The notes under the pieces are model-generated. The model did no database searches, was not told where the DNA came from, and saw nothing but the letters and a program-made list of their open reading frames with translations. A stretch of DNA of 64,000 nucleotides, taken from the NCBI RefSeq assembly GCF_009914755.1, contig NC_060940.1. One strand, 5' to 3'. This DNA comes from the human T2T-CHM13v2.0 reference genome, Homo sapiens. This document shows positions 60,776-64,000 of the stretch, one piece after another; positions within the stretch are counted from its first letter, which is position 1, and each line of letters starts with the position of its first letter. Made by a program: the position numbers and the translations under genes.

Positions 60776-62959
60776 TGTCAAGATTTGCAAAACATCCTCC
60801 ATCTTTCTGAAATGTAAACAGTTGGTAGTTAATCCTCCTCATAGTTGTATAGAGTGATGAGAATTTATTTATAAAAATAATGTATGACATAGACCAAATC
60901 ATAGTATGAGTTTTCACTTATTCAAAAAGAATTGGGAGAAAATGGATGGATGAAAGAATAAACACAGTGACCACATATTGACTCATAATTGGTTGTTAGA
61001 GCAGCATAAAAATCAAAGAAATAATTATTGCATTTAAATTAAAATGAAAAGTATACAATTTTCTATTCTCTCTGAAAATAATTGTATTTTATTGGTAGGA
61101 AATATGCCTCCATTTACGTTCATTATCAGGCAGACCATGTTAAAAATATTTCAATATTTTAAGAAGCTAATATAAATTTTGTGGAAAATCAAAACTTTAC
61201 CAATTCTTCATTGTAAAAGTGTATTTGAATATTTCTAACACAAAAAAAGTCTGCTAAAATATGTCAGTTTATCCACAATATATGACTTATTTTACCTAAT
61301 ATTGGCATTCTGTGTAAAAGATTTTAGAACACATGTTGCTTCTTCAAATAACCAAAGAGTTGGCTTCCTTTTTTTTTTTCTTGCTCTCAGAAGCTCCTAG
61401 AATTGTAACATCAGCTAGGCTGACTGTTTTAGGCCAGATTTCATTGGAATGACTCTGATTTAAAACTAAATTATTTTTTATGTCACAAAATGCTGTTTAC
61501 TTTCCTTTTTCTGATTCTAGTTCATCACTCACATTCTACATAATAGACTTACCATGTTTATTGGAAGGGATGAAGTCAGAAAAATCTCTAGTGAAGGTGA
61601 TTACCACATAATTGTTGTGCATAGACAGCTAACTTGAAAGGGACAATTTCTAATATGTTGAGAAGTACTTTCCTCTTTTATGACTGTAACTTTGGTATTG
61701 TATAAAAATGCCATTTTTTTGATTACTGTGAATAAGACTTTAACTGATTCCAGCAATTTTAAGGGCTTTTTAAAATGGATTTTCACGTTAACTTTTAAAC
61801 ATTTTTTACTTCAATAAGCGTATTTCTATACTTCTGAATTTTCATGCCTCATTTTATATTTTTACTCACACTTTAGTTTTCTATCAATACTTATTTAGAG
61901 TCAAATTTAAAATGAAGTTGAAGAGAAGGAGGACCTAATTTTAAATATATTCATAAAAATGTCAAGGTCAACGAGTAAATGTTTAAAATATCACATAATT
62001 CAGAGTAGTACTCTCTATAATCTTTGTGTCTAAAATTATATGGTCCATGTAGTAGCTACTGATTGAGAGTCTTGAAAAACAGGTGGAGAGGTCAACAGGT
62101 GGGACTGGTTGATAAATCAGTCACCTGATTATAAAGGGACTACAGTTCTCTACCAAAGGGTTGCAAAGCTAAATATTCACATTTGGAACGAAAAGTTCCT
62201 AGCATAAATCCCAGCCTATCTTCATTCAACAGAGATAGCTAGTAATAAGTGTTTGGTGAATGAATAAACTCATTCAATCACAAAAATATTATCTTTTTAT
62301 TTCTCTGTCAAAAATTTGGCTTTTTCCCTTTCTTACCTGTTCTTCTCCAACATTGTTGCTTTCCATAAAATAAAAGCAGTGGAATTAACTCAATTCTCAA
62401 TGAGAAAAAGAAAACATACTAAGGGGGTGGTTGCCACTGCAGGCATAGGATAGGTAAAAGAGGTACACAGCTTACGATAAATTTAAGTGTAGGCTGGTTG
62501 TTGTAGTGTGAAATGGGAAAAAATAAAAACAATATGAACGACGTACATTTCTAGCCTAACAGACTGAATGAATAACAATGTAGACATTGAATACAAAGAT
62601 ACCACAGTTTTAGCATTATTCTACTGATCATTTTCTCAGTCTGAGCCTTACACCTAGTCACAGGACTGTAGATGACCACATTAGAATCCCCTGATAAAAT
62701 TTACCTTCACTGTGACCCATGTCTCTGAGACGACCTGAAGAAACTACGCTCATTGTAGTAGTGCGATATAGACAGGATATGCATTGGACACAGGTTACGT
62801 ATCCAGACTTGGAAGATTTTGGATAGATTTTCCTCTCCAGTATGAAAATCCCCACTGAATGTCAGAGAACTTCCCTACTTAAAGTTAATACTATTTGATG
62901 TCCTAGATCTTCAAATGTCATTTGAAGTGACATCTAAATGATGACCAAACGGATGATAC

Positions 62960-63080
62960 AAAGGTAGTGCTGTATACAGGAGAGAGGGAAATGCCTTTGC
63001 AATGGAGGAAACAGCCTGAGACAAAGCCTTGAGGCATGGAAGAACTTGGTGTGTTCAAAGAACTGAACTGCAGCAGTATG
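62960..63080 (-). mobile_element. L2 fragment
   Basis: 'ggaggaaacagcctgagacaaagccttgaggcatggaagaacttggtgtgttcaaagaactga'. Confidence 0.55.
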
Positions 63081-64000
63081 GACGGACAGTACTGGTTTCA
63101 AAGAAAGTGTGACAACTCACGTTGGTCATCTTGGTCTAAGAATTTCATGACTTAGAACCAAGATAAAAATAAATGTTTCACCTGTGCTGTTATAAGATGT
63201 AATTTTTAAAATGCAAAAATAAAAACATGGGGTGTCTGAGGTAACTAACAAAAATTGAAAGACTTTGGTGTCATTAAAATGAGTGACCAATTTTTAATTT
63301 TTAAATAACCACCCCAGGGCTATGTGTGTTATACATTTCTAAGTTGGGCTGTTGATACTAGACTTAATTAGGATGTGTACTTCTCTATACTAGTTATTTC
63401 CAACATGTGTTCTATAGAACATTTATTTTAAATGTTAATTGTAGATTTTGGAAACAATTCTCAGGCCAAATTTTACTCAATATATGCTGAGTATAAACTA
63501 AAAAATGTTCGGGTCTTCAAACATGGAAATATGCATTGTACATAAGAAATTATACATTTGATATGGTCACTGCTTTTTTTTTTTTGATCTTAAACTACCT
63601 TGGAGTATTAGAGTTTCAGCGAAGAAAATGTGGTCATTGTTGTGCCAGGAAACTGTACAACAATAAATCTCCCTTGATTCTTGTTAGCTTATTATGAAAT
63701 CATTTATTTTAATGTATTTTCCATTGAAATAATTTTGAAAGCCTTAATCTTAAAGAACATTAAATGGGCTCTTCCCTTAGGCAAAGGAAACTAATTGGAT
63801 GACCTTATTTTGGACTATATTTCAAGCTGAAGTTTTATACCTAGATGTTGAAAGACCATAATCTGGTCAAAAGGAAATTAGGAATATAAACAGTCAAAAA
63901 AAAAATGTTCTCCGGCTCTTAGAAGTGCTACTGTGATTTGAGTCATCAATTAATTTTGGATTGGTTAACCTAGTATTGACTGTAACTATATCAAATGCCT

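Overview
This is AT-rich primate genomic DNA. An L1PA2 and an AluY point to human or great ape. The window is intergenic or deep-intronic, and I cannot support any protein-coding gene. The long ORFs are LINE-1 ORF2 remnants; the rest are Alu-derived or low-complexity ORFs. Interspersed repeats dominate: a TSD-flanked, internally deleted L1PB; a twin-primed (5'-inverted) L1PA2; several old L1M elements; about 12 Alus; L2 and MIR; MST (MaLR) and MER31 LTRs; two MER63-like and three MADE1 DNA-transposon relics; and a tailless 5S rRNA retro-fragment. I found no new biological system. The most unusual signal is a series of apparent DNA-repair or template-switch scars: two non-tandem local duplications (243 bp copied 1,050 bp away, and 146 bp copied 5,644 bp away), a perfect 39-bp-stem inverted triplication, an internal L1 fragment inserted without tail or TSD, and microhomology-bounded deletions. 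A CpG-retaining non-repetitive stretch near 55.2-55.4 kb is a candidate regulatory element. Repeat subfamily names are recalled from consensus sequences, not from a database search. Boundaries without TSD support are approximate.
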